From an uncultured bacterium (GTDB lineage Bacteria; Methylomirabilota; Methylomirabilia; Rokubacteriales; CSP1-6), in NCBI GenBank assembly GCA_964450175.1, contig CAYVHH010000371.1:1-39508 (forward strand): DNA of 39,508 nucleotides, given 5' to 3'. Both the position numbers and the translations under genes were made by a program. The notes under the pieces are model-generated. The model was not told the origin of the DNA, ran no database searches, and was given only the letters and a program-made list of their open reading frames with translations. Below are positions 7,904 to 17,334 of the stretch, piece by piece. Numbering within the stretch: position 1 is the stretch's first letter; every line of letters begins with the position of its first letter.

Positions 7904-8083
7904 ATCGGTCTCTCCTGTGACGGCGGTAGATTCTGGAACGGGTTCCGCGACTGCCCCGATTTAGCCAGCAATGAGGCCAGCGATCAAGACGCTTGGTTCC
8001 CGGTCCGTCCGTCCGTGGCGGCATTCCGCGACCCGGCGCATCGGAGTATCATCCCGAGATAACGCTTGCCCCGGAGGGTGGCC

Positions 8084-9535
8084 ATGTCGACCAACGGACA
8101 CAACGAGGCGAAGAAGCTCCGCGCGGGCCTGAAGCATCCGATCATCGACGCGGACGGCCACTGGGCCGAGTTCGCGCCGCACATGCGCGAAGAGTTCCGC
8201 CGCATCGGCGGGGACACCGCGGTGGAGGCGCTGGCGCTGGCGAGCGCCCGCATTCCCAACTCGCTCAACATGTCCGTGGCCGAGCGGCGCCGCCGGCGGA
8301 TCGGGCAGGAGGCGTTCTGGTTCCTGCCCACCAAGAACACCCTGGATCGCGCGACCGCGATGATGCCGCGCCTGCTCTACGAGCGGCTGGACGACCTCGG
8401 GCTCGACTTCTCCGTGATCTATCCGACCGCCGGGCTCGGCTACTACCGGCTGCCGCCGGACAAGCTCCGCCGCGCACTCTGTCGCGCGTACAACGTGTTC
8501 ACGATGGACCAGTTCCGCCAGTACGGCGATCGGCTCATTCCCGCGGCGATCATTCCGATGTACTCGCCGGAAGAGGCGATCGAGGAGCTCGAGTTCGCGT
8601 CGCGGCAGCTCGGCTATCGCGTCGTCATGATGGGGAGCCTGATCCGCCGCCCCATCCCGGCGCTCGTCGAGGAGCACCCGGAGGCCGCGAAGTTCGTCGA
8701 GTGGTACGACCCCATTGCCATCGACAGTGTCCACGACTACGACCCGGTCTGGGCCAAGTGCCGCGAGTTGCGCATTTCGCCGAGCTTCCACAACGGCGCG
8801 CGCTCGATCCTGCTCCGCAACTCGCCGTCGAACTTCTGCTACAACCACATCGGCCACTTCGCCTCGGCCAGCGAGGCCATGGCCAAGTCCATCTTCTTCG
8901 GCGGCGTCACACGACGTTTTCCCGAGATCAACTTCGCCTTCCTCGAGGGCGGCGTGGGCTGGGCGTGCTCGCTCTTCGCGGATCTCATCGGGCACTGGGA
9001 GAAGCGGAAGCGCGACGCGCTCGAGAACACGAACCCGGCGCGGCTGGATCGGGCCGAGCTGCTCGCGCTGGCCGAGAAGTACGGCAAGCCCACGGTGGTG
9101 GAAGCGGTCCGTCGCGGCGAAGGCCTCGACGACAACGGCGACGGCACCGGCGGCGTCGAGGACCTCGACGACTACTCCCGCTGCAAGATCACGAGCAAGA
9201 GAGACTTCGACGACCTCTACGTCAAGCGCTTCTACTTCGGCTGCGAGGCCGACGACCCGATCAACGCGTGGGCCTTCAATCGCAAGGCGAACCCGATGCA
9301 CGCGCGGCTCAACGCGTTCTTCAGCTCGGACATCGGCCACTTCGACGTGCCCGACATGACCGAGGTCGTCCCCGAGGCGTACGAGCTGGTCGAGCATGGG
9401 CTCCTCGACGAGAACGACTTCCGTGACTTCGTGTTCGAGAACGCCGTGCGCCTCTGGGGGCAGCTGAACCCGGACTTCTTCAAGGGCACGGTGGTCGAGA
9501 AGCAGGCGGCGGAGGTGCTGGCCCGGCCCAGATGA
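8084..9535 (+). CDS. Amidohydrolase-2 (PF04909-like) family metal-dependent hydrolase
   Basis: ATG 8084 sits 6 nt after GGAGG (the track start is TTG 8066). The HPIIDADGHW motif near the N-terminus and the SDIGHFD motif near the C-terminus are typical of this family. Confidence 0.82.
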   Translation: MSTNGHNEAKKLRAGLKHPIIDADGHWAEFAPHMREEFRRIGGDTAVEALALASARIPNSLNMSVAERRRRRIGQEAFWFLPTKNTLDRATAMMPRLLYERLDDLGLDFSVIYPTAGLGYYRLPPDKLRRALCRAYNVFTMDQFRQYGDRLIPAAIIPMYSPEEAIEELEFASRQLGYRVVMMGSLIRRPIPALVEEHPEAAKFVEWYDPIAIDSVHDYDPVWAKCRELRISPSFHNGARSILLRNSPSNFCYNHIGHFASASEAMAKSIFFGGVTRRFPEINFAFLEGGVGWACSLFADLIGHWEKRKRDALENTNPARLDRAELLALAEKYGKPTVVEAVRRGEGLDDNGDGTGGVEDLDDYSRCKITSKRDFDDLYVKRFYFGCEADDPINAWAFNRKANPMHARLNAFFSSDIGHFDVPDMTEVVPEAYELVEHGLLDENDFRDFVFENAVRLWGQLNPDFFKGTVVEKQAAEVLARPR

Positions 9536-10530
9536 GGCGCCGCGTCGCGCTGATCGGCACCGGCGGAACGATCTCGTCGATCGGCCGCGGAAGCCTCGAC
9601 CTCTGGGAGTACATGGACACGAGCCGCAAGGCGGAGCCCGACGAGCTCCTCGTGCGGTTTCCCGAGGTGGCCGAAGCCGCCGAGATCGTCGCCGTGCGCT
9701 TTCGCTCGGTGGGAAGCGCGTCGATCGGCCCCGGCGACTGGCTCGCCCTGGCCGCGGCGGTGAGCGACGCGACGGCGAGCCAGCCGCCCCTCGACGGCGT
9801 CGTGATCACGCACGGCACGGCGACGCTCGAGGAGACCGCGTACTTTCTGAATCTCACCCTCAAGGTCACCGCGACGGTCGTGCTGGTCGGCTCGCAGCGG
9901 CCGGCCACCGGCCTCAGCTCGGACGCGGGGCTCAATCTCCTCAACGCGGTGCGGGTCGCCGGATCGTCCGAGGCGCGCGGTCTCGGCGTGCTCGTACTCC
10001 TCAACGACGAGATCCAGACCGCGCGCGACGTGACGAAGACGTCGACCTTGCGGCTCGAGACGTTTCGCAGTCCCGATCTCGGCATGCTCGGCTACGCCGA
10101 TCCCGACGGCCGAATCGCCATCTACCGCCGGCCAACGCGCCGTCATGCGCCGGACACGGAGTTCGACGTGCGCGGTCGAACCGATCTCCCGCGCGTGGAC
10201 ATCGCGGCCTCGTATGCCGGGGCGGATGGCGCGGCTATTCGCGCCTTCGTCGCGGCCGGCGCGCGCGCCATCGTCTCGGCGTCGCTCCCGCCCGGCATCA
10301 CCACGCCGGCAGAGACGGAGGCGCTCCTCGCGGCTCGCCGGCAGGGAGTCCTGGTCGTACTCTCGAGCCGCGCGGGCAGCGGTCGCGTTCTTCCCCGTAC
10401 TCTGCTGCGGCAGCAGAGGTTCGTCGTCGCCGACAACCTGACTCCTCAGAAGGCCCGTGTGCTCGCCATGCTGGCCCTCACCAGGACCGACGACGTGTCC
10501 GAGATCCAGCGCATGTTCGACGAGTACTGA
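9532..10530 (+). CDS. L-asparaginase (type II-like fold, no signal peptide)
   Basis: The gene forms an ATGA overlap with the upstream gene. IGTGGTISS (catalytic Thr motif), VITHGTATLEETAYFL and GSQRP are canonical asparaginase blocks. Confidence 0.9.
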   Translation: MRRRVALIGTGGTISSIGRGSLDLWEYMDTSRKAEPDELLVRFPEVAEAAEIVAVRFRSVGSASIGPGDWLALAAAVSDATASQPPLDGVVITHGTATLEETAYFLNLTLKVTATVVLVGSQRPATGLSSDAGLNLLNAVRVAGSSEARGLGVLVLLNDEIQTARDVTKTSTLRLETFRSPDLGMLGYADPDGRIAIYRRPTRRHAPDTEFDVRGRTDLPRVDIAASYAGADGAAIRAFVAAGARAIVSASLPPGITTPAETEALLAARRQGVLVVLSSRAGSGRVLPRTLLRQQRFVVADNLTPQKARVLAMLALTRTDDVSEIQRMFDEY

Positions 10531-10655
10531 TCCGCGCACCGGCCGCCAGACGGGTGTCCGGGAATGAGCGGCCCGGCCAGAAACTCACCAGGGTCGTTTC
10601 CGGTCGATTTTGGCCAACCCCATGAAATATTAGGCGATTCCGTTCGGCACCGAAT

Positions 10656-11375
10656 ATGCCGTATTACCCCGGCATGAGCAGCATCGGAACCCGGTCCCTG
10701 GGACTCCTCGTGGTCGCCGCAGCGATGGCGACGGCGACGCCGGCGGCCGCACAGGTCTACAAGCGGACCGCCTCCGACGGGACCACCTATTTCACGAACA
10801 TCCAGCCGAATCCCGGGTTACAGCGGGTCGCGTACGCCGTGCCCGCGCGGGAATCGCAGCGTTCCTCGTCGTCGAATGACTACGGTCTGTACTCCCGCGA
10901 GATCGCCGAAGCCTCGGCGCGATACGGAGTGCCCGAGCGTCTGATCTGGGCGGTCATCCGCGTCGAGTCGGGATTCGATCCTCGCGCCGTGTCGCCGAAG
11001 GGCGCCCGCGGGCTGATGCAGCTGATGCCGGAGACCGCCGCGCTCCTGGGCGTTCGTGACATGTTCAACCCGCGCGAAAACATCCACGCGGGCACCCGGC
11101 ATCTACGCGGCATGATGGATCGCTTCCACTACGACCTGCCGATGGCCATCGCCGCCTACAACGCCGGCGACCGGCCGGTCGCGGCATTCCGCGGCATCCC
11201 GCCGTACCCCGAAACCCGGGAATACGTCGCGCGCGTGCTGCGCTACTACGGCGCTCCGCTCGCGTGGGAGCTACAGGGCAGCGGCATCCAGCAGACCGTG
11301 GCACGCGACGGCAGCGTGACGTATACGAACGTCGCGCCCCGCCGGCTCACGACGGCAGCACTCCAGGGAAGATAG
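10656..11375 (+). CDS. Lytic transglycosylase (SLT domain) with signal peptide and DUF4124-like segment
   Basis: VIRVESGFDPRAVSPKGARGLMQLMPETA...AAYNAG is the SLT catalytic-Glu block. The signal peptide ends ATPAAAQ. VYKRTASDGTTYFTNI resembles DUF4124. ATG 10674 is an alternative start. Confidence 0.85.
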   Translation: MPYYPGMSSIGTRSLGLLVVAAAMATATPAAAQVYKRTASDGTTYFTNIQPNPGLQRVAYAVPARESQRSSSSNDYGLYSREIAEASARYGVPERLIWAVIRVESGFDPRAVSPKGARGLMQLMPETAALLGVRDMFNPRENIHAGTRHLRGMMDRFHYDLPMAIAAYNAGDRPVAAFRGIPPYPETREYVARVLRYYGAPLAWELQGSGIQQTVARDGSVTYTNVAPRRLTTAALQGR

Positions 11376-11394
11376 TCCAAATGGGAAGGTGAAA

Positions 11395-11428
11395 CAGAAG
11401 GAGGCGGCGCTGTGGCCGCCCCCTTCTG
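11395..11428. terminator. Bidirectional hairpin between convergent SLT and pal genes
   Basis: CAGAAGGAGGCGGC (11395-11408) pairs with GCCGCCCCCTTCTG (11415-11428). This gives 13/14 paired bases and a 6-nt loop. Confidence 0.5.
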
Positions 11429-11444
11429 AGCCATCGGGCGGGAG

Positions 11445-12014
11445 CTACTTCGCCTTCACCGCGAAGTGCGCTCGGCGATTCAGGCTCCAGCAATCCTCGC
11501 TGGCCTCCGCGCAAATCGGGCGTTCCTTGCCGTAGCTGATGACCGAGATCCGGTTTGCCCGGACGCCTCGGGAGACGAGGTAGTTCATCGACGCGCGAGC
11601 CCGGCGCTCGCTGAGCGCGAGATTGTAGTCGGTCGTCCCGCGCTGATCGGCGTGCCCTTCGATGAGCACCATCCAGCCGGGATTCGCCTTCATCATGTCG
11701 GCGTTCTGGTCGAGAACCTGCGTGTCTTCAGCACGGATCTGGTAGGAATCGAACTCGAAGCGAATGTCCCGAAGGTCCGTCTTCGCGGTGAACTCCTTCG
11801 GGTTGGGCCTGGCAGCGCCCTGGGCATTCGAGCCCGAGTGATCGCCGGCCGCCGACCCGACCGCGCGACCTCCATCCATCGATCCACCCTTCGATCCGCC
11901 GGGTGCAGGCGCCGACCCCGAGTCGGCCATCGTGTTCGGCGTCATCGCGCATCCGGCAAGGAATGGCGCTGCCGCCAGCATCAGAACGAGAGCGGTCTGT
12001 GAGAAGTGCTTCAC
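11445..12014 (-). CDS. pal: Peptidoglycan-associated lipoprotein Pal (OmpA family)
   Basis: GTG 12014 sits 7 nt after GGGAGGA. The lipobox is LAGC. OmpA-like block: IEGHADQRGTTDYNLALSERRA. Pal-type C-terminus: CAEASEDCWSLNRRAHF. No tolB is adjacent. Confidence 0.88.
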   Translation of the reverse strand: MKHFSQTALVLMLAAAPFLAGCAMTPNTMADSGSAPAPGGSKGGSMDGGRAVGSAAGDHSGSNAQGAARPNPKEFTAKTDLRDIRFEFDSYQIRAEDTQVLDQNADMMKANPGWMVLIEGHADQRGTTDYNLALSERRARASMNYLVSRGVRANRISVISYGKERPICAEASEDCWSLNRRAHFAVKAK

Positions 12015-12225
12015 GAGAGATCCTCCCTTCCGCGAGCCCTGGATGGGGCCGCGATTCGGTCGCGGGCCGCGGGCGCTGACGCAAGTTTGCACATCCAATG
12101 CCCGGGGCGGCGACGGGCCAGATATGGTGCAATGTCCGGTAATTAGCCGCATGGATGGTGCGCCCGGCGGATCGGGGGGCCACCGAAGATGGATCAGCTT
12201 GCCAGAACGTCAGACAGGAGCCGCC

Positions 12226-12792
12226 ATGCAGGCACGACCGGGGGTTGTCGTGCTGATGATCGTGGTCATCAGCGCCGTCTTCGTCTCGACCGGACACGCG
12301 GAATCGGTCTGGGAGGCGCTGCGCGCGCCGGGAAGCGTGGTGCTGCTGCGGCACAGCTATGCTCCCGGCGGTTTCGATCCGCCCGACGCGAAGCTCGAGG
12401 ACTGCTCGACCCAGCGCAACCTCGACGAGAGCGGTCGGGCTCAGGCGCTTCGGGTCGGCGAGGCGTTCCGGCAGCACGCGATCGCAGTCGGGCGGGTCCT
12501 CTCGAGCCCGCGCTGCCGCTGTCTAGACACCGCGCGCCTCGCCTTCGGCCTGGCCGAGCCGTGGGAGGTTCTTCAGGGGGCGCTCCGCGACACCGAGCTC
12601 CGCCGACGCCGCCTGGCCGAGACGCGGAAGGTCATCGATGCGTACCAGGGCGGCGCGCCGCTCGTCGTCGTCACTCACGGCAGCGTCGTGACGGATCTGA
12701 CCGGACTCAACATCCGCATGGGCGAGTTCGTCGTGCTGCGGCGCACCCCCGACGGAACCCGCGTGGTTGCCGGCCAGTTGTACGTCGAGTAA
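12226..12792 (+). CDS. Histidine phosphatase (phosphoglycerate mutase-like) family protein, secreted
   Basis: ATG 12226 sits 5 nt after AGGAG. The N-terminal signal-like segment is VVVLMIVVISAVFVSTGHA. VVLLRHSYAPG is an RHG-type catalytic motif, and VVVTHGSV supplies the second His. Confidence 0.78.
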   Translation: MQARPGVVVLMIVVISAVFVSTGHAESVWEALRAPGSVVLLRHSYAPGGFDPPDAKLEDCSTQRNLDESGRAQALRVGEAFRQHAIAVGRVLSSPRCRCLDTARLAFGLAEPWEVLQGALRDTELRRRRLAETRKVIDAYQGGAPLVVVTHGSVVTDLTGLNIRMGEFVVLRRTPDGTRVVAGQLYVE

Positions 12793-12826
12793 GAGCTACC
12801 CCACCCCGTCGCGGGCTTGCGGCGGA

Positions 12827-13999
12827 CTACTCCGGCCCGCTGGCGAACCAGAGCCGCGGGTCGGCGGCGCGCACGCGCGCCTCGGGCAGGCCGAGCTCGC
12901 GCCGGACGAGGTTGGTGCCCTCGACCAGCGCCACGCACTTGTAGTACGCGATCCGGCGGCTGAGCCCTTCGCGTCCGAAGCCGCAGTCGGTCGTGATCAC
13001 CAGCCGCTCCGGCGGAATGTACTCCAGGGCCTTCCGGATCAACCGCGCCACGTGCTCGGGCGGCTCGACGACCGTGTTGCAGTGGTTCACGACCCCGATG
13101 CCGATCTTCTTGTCGGTTCGATACTTGCCGAAGAGGTGAAGATCGCGCCCGTCCGAGCTGGCGCACTCGAACGTGATCACGTCGCCGTCGAGTTGGAGCA
13201 GGTAGGGGAGCGCGCGCTCGTAGCTCGGCGGCTCCCAGTACACGCGCTGCTGATTCGGATTGCCCCAGCAGGTGTGCACCCAGATCTCCGAGTCGACCCC
13301 CTTCAGCTGGCGATTGAAGGCCTGCGTGAAAAACTCGAGATCCGCGTCGGTGCAGTCCGGGCGCGTCGTACGACCGTGGTGCGGAGGCTCTTCCACCTGG
13401 ATGAGCGGACAGCCGGCGGCCGCGAGCTCGCGGAACTCGGCGTTCATGATGTCGCAGAGATCGTTGATCAGCGCCTTGTCGTCACGATAGTGCTCGTCCC
13501 AGAGCATGCTGGCCAGCGCGGGCGCGCAGATCGCGCCGAACTTCATCGGCTTGTCGGTCAGCCGCTGCGCCGTCTTCCAGAGCGCGGCGTACTCCAGAGG
13601 GCCGCGAGTCAGCTTCGTCCGGACCACGCCGGGCTGATAGGCCTCTTGCACCTCCCAGAGGATCCGTCCGGGCCGCAGGCCGTGCCGAGCCATCCAACCG
13701 CGCGAGGTGTCGCGGTGCCCTTCGATGCCGCCGAGCCGCTCGATCGGGTAGAAAAACCACGACTTGCCGCCGACCGCGAGATCGAACCGCGTGTCGCCGT
13801 CGGTCACGATGTCCAGGCCGGCGGCTTCCTGGGCGTTGACGACGCACGCGACCGCGTCCAGATACTGCTCGCGAAAGATCGAGTCGCCGAGCGCCGACTT
13901 GAACGACCGTCCATGCAGGCTCTCGGTGAACCAGAGCGGCCGCGGATACGACCCGGTGATGGCAGTCGGCAGCATCAGATCCTGGGTGACCTTCAGCAT
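12827..13999 (-). CDS. Cobalamin-independent methionine synthase (MetE C-terminal-like) family protein
   Basis: ATG 13999 sits 4-5 nt after GGAGGG; the track ORF 12827-15004 over-extends. LPTAITGSYPRP, DIVTDGD, IQVEEP, VHTCWGN and ITTDCGF match the MetE/UROD-like fold, including its Zn-ligand region. Confidence 0.8.
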   Translation of the reverse strand: MLKVTQDLMLPTAITGSYPRPLWFTESLHGRSFKSALGDSIFREQYLDAVACVVNAQEAAGLDIVTDGDTRFDLAVGGKSWFFYPIERLGGIEGHRDTSRGWMARHGLRPGRILWEVQEAYQPGVVRTKLTRGPLEYAALWKTAQRLTDKPMKFGAICAPALASMLWDEHYRDDKALINDLCDIMNAEFRELAAAGCPLIQVEEPPHHGRTTRPDCTDADLEFFTQAFNRQLKGVDSEIWVHTCWGNPNQQRVYWEPPSYERALPYLLQLDGDVITFECASSDGRDLHLFGKYRTDKKIGIGVVNHCNTVVEPPEHVARLIRKALEYIPPERLVITTDCGFGREGLSRRIAYYKCVALVEGTNLVRRELGLPEARVRAADPRLWFASGPE

Positions 14000-14040
14000 C
14001 GATCCCTCCGCTCGGCGAGGCGCCGCCGGCGTCGCGATGT

Positions 14041-15078
14041 CTACGTGGAGAGGCTCGGCGGCGTCATCCCGAGGAAGCGGAAGCAGTTGTTCCAGGTGAT
14101 GTCCGCGTGAACGTCCGGAGGCAGATCCAGGGTCCGGAGCGTCTTGTCCACCGGCAGCTCGGGCACCATGTAGGGATAGTCCGTGCCGACGAGAACCTGT
14201 CCGGCGCCGACCATGTCGATCAGGTAGCGCAGAGCCCGGCGGTCGAAGAGCAGCGTGTCGTAGTAGAAGCGGCGCGCGTACTCGGCCGGCGAGCGCGGAA
14301 GCGCGTCCGGCGCGGTCGTGCCGCGGCCCGGAACAGGCGGCTCCTCGTTCCAGGTGCCGCTCCAGTGGTGGGTGTAGCGCGGCAGCAGGAATGGAAACGT
14401 GCCGCCGCCGTGGCTGAAGGCGATCCTCAGGCTCGGGCACTTCTCCGCGGTGCCGCCGTCGATCATCGACGCGATGGTCAGGCTCGTGTCGGTCGGGTAT
14501 CCGACCGGATTGAAGAGCGCCTTCGTGGGAAAGCGCTCCATCATCGTCGGCCGCAGCGCGTGCACGAAGATCGCGACGCCGAGCCGTTCGGCCTCCTGGA
14601 AGAACCCCTGGAACTCCGCCATGCCCAGCGACTTGCCGTTCACGTTCGACCCGAGCTCGACGCCCGGGAAGCCCAGGCTCTTGATGTGAGCCAGCTCCTT
14701 CGCGGCCATGTCCGGATCCTGGAGCGGCACGATGCCGAGGCCGATGAAACGCCCCGGCGCCGCCGTGCACATGCGGACGATCGCGTCGTTGGTGAAGCGG
14801 CAGAAGTCGAGCGCGTCGGACGGGGTGAACCAGTAGGCGCAGAGCTCGGGCATCGGCGAGATCACCTCCACGTCGACGCTCTGCGCGTTCATGTCCCGCA
14901 ACCGGCGCGGGACGTTCCAGTTGCCGTCGTGCACGGTGCGGTAGTTTTCGCCGCCGATCATGACCCGCGCTCGGCCGGGCTCGAAATGATCCATCGACGG
15001 CCACGACCAGGCGCTGGCCCGGGCTCCTGCCGGCGGGAAATTCTCCGGGATGATGTGGGCATGCATGTCGACGATCAT
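14041..15078 (-). CDS. Amidohydrolase-2 family protein (ACMSD-like decarboxylase/hydrolase)
   Basis: Start is ATG 15078 (MIVDMHAHIIPE, the HxH metal motif). FVHAL, SHGGG and GTDYPY blocks are typical of ACMSD-related enzymes. Confidence 0.83.
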   Translation of the reverse strand: MIVDMHAHIIPENFPPAGARASAWSWPSMDHFEPGRARVMIGGENYRTVHDGNWNVPRRLRDMNAQSVDVEVISPMPELCAYWFTPSDALDFCRFTNDAIVRMCTAAPGRFIGLGIVPLQDPDMAAKELAHIKSLGFPGVELGSNVNGKSLGMAEFQGFFQEAERLGVAIFVHALRPTMMERFPTKALFNPVGYPTDTSLTIASMIDGGTAEKCPSLRIAFSHGGGTFPFLLPRYTHHWSGTWNEEPPVPGRGTTAPDALPRSPAEYARRFYYDTLLFDRRALRYLIDMVGAGQVLVGTDYPYMVPELPVDKTLRTLDLPPDVHADITWNNCFRFLGMTPPSLST

Positions 15079-15179
15079 CGCTGGGCTTCCGTCCTCTGGC
15101 TCCCGCGGCCGTTTCGAGCGCCGACTGTGCCGGCGCAACGTTCGTTCGTGCTCATCCGCACAGGGTGACCGGTGGGGGG

Positions 15180-15212
15180 AATCGGGGGGAGCGGCGCTCG
15201 CTCCCCCCGATT
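15180..15212 (-). terminator. Perfect 14-bp GC hairpin immediately after the ADH stop
   Basis: AATCGGGGGGAGCG (15180-15193) pairs perfectly with CGCTCCCCCCGATT (15199-15212) around a 5-nt loop. It begins 6 nt after the stop at 15218. There is no U-tract. The next gene on the same strand starts about 100 nt further on. Confidence 0.55.
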
Positions 15213-15217
15213 GCCAG

Positions 15218-16315
15218 TCAGTTGAACATGAGGACGGACCGCGCGACCTCGCCCGCCTTCATCGCGCGGAACGCTTCGTTGATGTCGTCGAGCCGGCCGC
15301 GCCGCGTGACCATCTCGTCGAGCAGGAGCCGGCCTTGCCGATAGAACTCCAGGTAGCGCGGAATATCCGTGCGGAATCGGTTGCTGCCCATGCGCGAGGT
15401 CTGCACCTTGCACTCCGGACGAATCGCCATCCACGGGAACTCGATCTTTGCGTCCGGCGGCATGACGCCCACGATCGTGGCGGTGCCCCGGATGGCGAGA
15501 CTCTCGATCGCCTGTCGGACGAGCGTCGTGTTGCCCACGGCCTCGAACGCGTGATCCACACCGGCGCCGCGCGTGAGCGAGCGCACCGCCTTGACGGGAT
15601 CGTCCTTCGAGCTATTGACGACGTGCGTGGCGCCCACGCGCTTGGCCATCTCGAGCTTTCCGTCGAAGACGTCGACGCCGATGATCTGACTGGCGCCGCC
15701 GATCCGCGCGCCCTGCACGATCGACAGGCCCACCCCGCCGCAGCCGAACACGGCGACGGTTTGCCCGGCCTCGAGGCCGGCGGACCGCAGCGCGGCGCCC
15801 ACGCCGGTGAGCACCCCGCACCCGACGAGCGCCGCGCGATCGAGCGGGAGGTCGGGGTCGATCTTCACGATCGAGTTTTCGTGCAGTAGCATGCGCTCGG
15901 CGTAGCTCGAGATGCCGATGAATTGCCGGACCGGCGCGCCCTTCTGCGAAAGGCGCGGCGCGCCGGAGTCCGGCCGGGTGACGAAGCCGGCGACGCAGAG
16001 ATTGGGGTGGCCGCCGAGGCACTGCTCACAGGTGCCGCAGAAGCCCGAGAGGCAGGCGACCACGTGATCGCCCGGGCGCACGGTCGTCACGTCGGCGCCG
16101 ACCGCCTCGACGACGCCGGAGCCCTCGTGGCCGAGCACGATCGGGCGATCCAGCGGAAACCGGCCGAACCCGTCGACGACGTGCAGGTCGCTGTGGCAGA
16201 CGCCGGTGGCGGCGGTGCGAACCAGGACCTCGCGGCCCCACGGCTTGTCGATCTCGACGGACTCGATCGTCAGGGGCTCGTGGACCTTGCGAAAAATGGC
16301 GGCCTTCATCTCCAT
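15218..16315 (-). CDS. Zinc-dependent alcohol dehydrogenase (class III/MDR family)
   Basis: ATG 16315 sits 7 nt after GGGAGGG. GVCHSDLH, GHEGSGVVE, a structural-Zn Cys cluster CGTCEQC and the GCGGVG Rossmann motif are all present. Confidence 0.9.
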   Translation of the reverse strand: MEMKAAIFRKVHEPLTIESVEIDKPWGREVLVRTAATGVCHSDLHVVDGFGRFPLDRPIVLGHEGSGVVEAVGADVTTVRPGDHVVACLSGFCGTCEQCLGGHPNLCVAGFVTRPDSGAPRLSQKGAPVRQFIGISSYAERMLLHENSIVKIDPDLPLDRAALVGCGVLTGVGAALRSAGLEAGQTVAVFGCGGVGLSIVQGARIGGASQIIGVDVFDGKLEMAKRVGATHVVNSSKDDPVKAVRSLTRGAGVDHAFEAVGNTTLVRQAIESLAIRGTATIVGVMPPDAKIEFPWMAIRPECKVQTSRMGSNRFRTDIPRYLEFYRQGRLLLDEMVTRRGRLDDINEAFRAMKAGEVARSVLMFN

Positions 16316-16360
16316 GGCGGCTCCCTCCCGGTGCAGGACACGTTGGCGAACTCGGCGCAG

Positions 16361-16366
16361 TATAAT
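16361..16366 (+). promoter_or_regulatory. Candidate -10 box (perfect TATAAT) for the TauD operon
   Basis: TATAAT lies 26 nt upstream of ATG 16392, in a 76-bp divergent intergenic region. No convincing -35 is present at 17-18 nt (ACACGT/GACACG). Confidence 0.3.
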
Positions 16367-16391
16367 CCCGCCAAGCGGTGAGGAGGATGGC

Positions 16392-17318
16392 ATGACGGCC
16401 ATCGAGCCGAGCGGGCAGATCCTGGGTGCGACGGTCCGGGGGATGGACCTCGCGAAACCCTTGAGCGACGCGGACTTCGCGACAATTCTGGAAGCTCTCG
16501 GCCGGCACGGCGTGCTGCGCTTTCCCGGGCAAAAGCTCGAGGCCGTGGAGCTCAGAGACTTCTCCCGTCGCTTCGGCCAGATCCAGGCCACGCTCACCGG
16601 GCGGCACCACGAGCCCGGCATGCCCGAGGTCGGCTATCTCTCGAACATCATCGAGAACGGCGAGCCGATCGGCATCACCGACGCGGGCCAGGACTGGCAC
16701 ACCGACATGTCCTACAACGAGACCATCGGGTTCCTGAACGTCCTCTACGCGGTCAAGGTGCCGCGTCGAGACGGGCAGGTGCTCGGCGCCACGATGTTCG
16801 CGAACACGCAGGCCGCGTACGAGGATCTCGCGCCCGAGCTGAAAGCCCGGCTCGCGAACGCGACGGCCACCCACGACTTCAACAAGTTCTGGGAGAACAT
16901 GCGGCGCCGTCCCGGCAGCCTGCGGGGGCCGCTCACCGCGGAGCAGCGCCGGCGTCGGCCGCCGTCGGTCCATCCACTTTTTCTCACGCATCCGATCACG
17001 GGCCGGCGCGTGCTCTACTGCAACCCCGGCTACGCGATCCGCATCAACGAGCTCGACGAGGCCGAGAGCGACCGCGTGCTCGAGGCCTTGTTCGCGCACC
17101 AGCTCCAGCCGAAGTACCAGTTCACGCACCGCTGGACCGAAGGTGACGTGCTGATGTGGGATCACATCGGCACGCTGCACAACGCGGTCGCCGACTATCG
17201 GCCGGACGAGCACCGGCTGATGAAGCGCTGCCAGGTGATGGCTGACCGGATCTTCGAACCCGCCTTCGTGCGAGAGGCCCTCGCGGCAGCTTCGCCCGCC
17301 GGCGCAACGCTCAGGTAA
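16392..17318 (+). CDS. TauD/TfdA family Fe(II)/2-oxoglutarate dioxygenase
   Basis: ATG 16392 sits 5 nt after AGGAGG. WHTDMSY (HxD facial-triad motif) and a distal LHNAV His are present. Length of 308 aa is typical for the family. Confidence 0.9.
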   Translation: MTAIEPSGQILGATVRGMDLAKPLSDADFATILEALGRHGVLRFPGQKLEAVELRDFSRRFGQIQATLTGRHHEPGMPEVGYLSNIIENGEPIGITDAGQDWHTDMSYNETIGFLNVLYAVKVPRRDGQVLGATMFANTQAAYEDLAPELKARLANATATHDFNKFWENMRRRPGSLRGPLTAEQRRRRPPSVHPLFLTHPITGRRVLYCNPGYAIRINELDEAESDRVLEALFAHQLQPKYQFTHRWTEGDVLMWDHIGTLHNAVADYRPDEHRLMKRCQVMADRIFEPAFVREALAAASPAGATLR

Positions 17319-17334
17319 CCGGGAGGATCGTGTC

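Noticed and set aside
8003-8015. A short (CCGT)3 microsatellite in the VOC/amidohydrolase divergent intergenic region.
   Set aside because: Three units only, which is within chance expectation for GC-rich DNA. There is no evidence of phase-variable function.
7961-9397. A 478-aa minus-strand ORF, plus 477-aa and 214-aa plus-strand alternative frames, across the amidohydrolase gene.
   Set aside because: These are shadow or off-frame ORFs of the 8084-9535 amidohydrolase. Their composition is low-complexity and Arg/Pro-rich, with no SD and no domain signatures.
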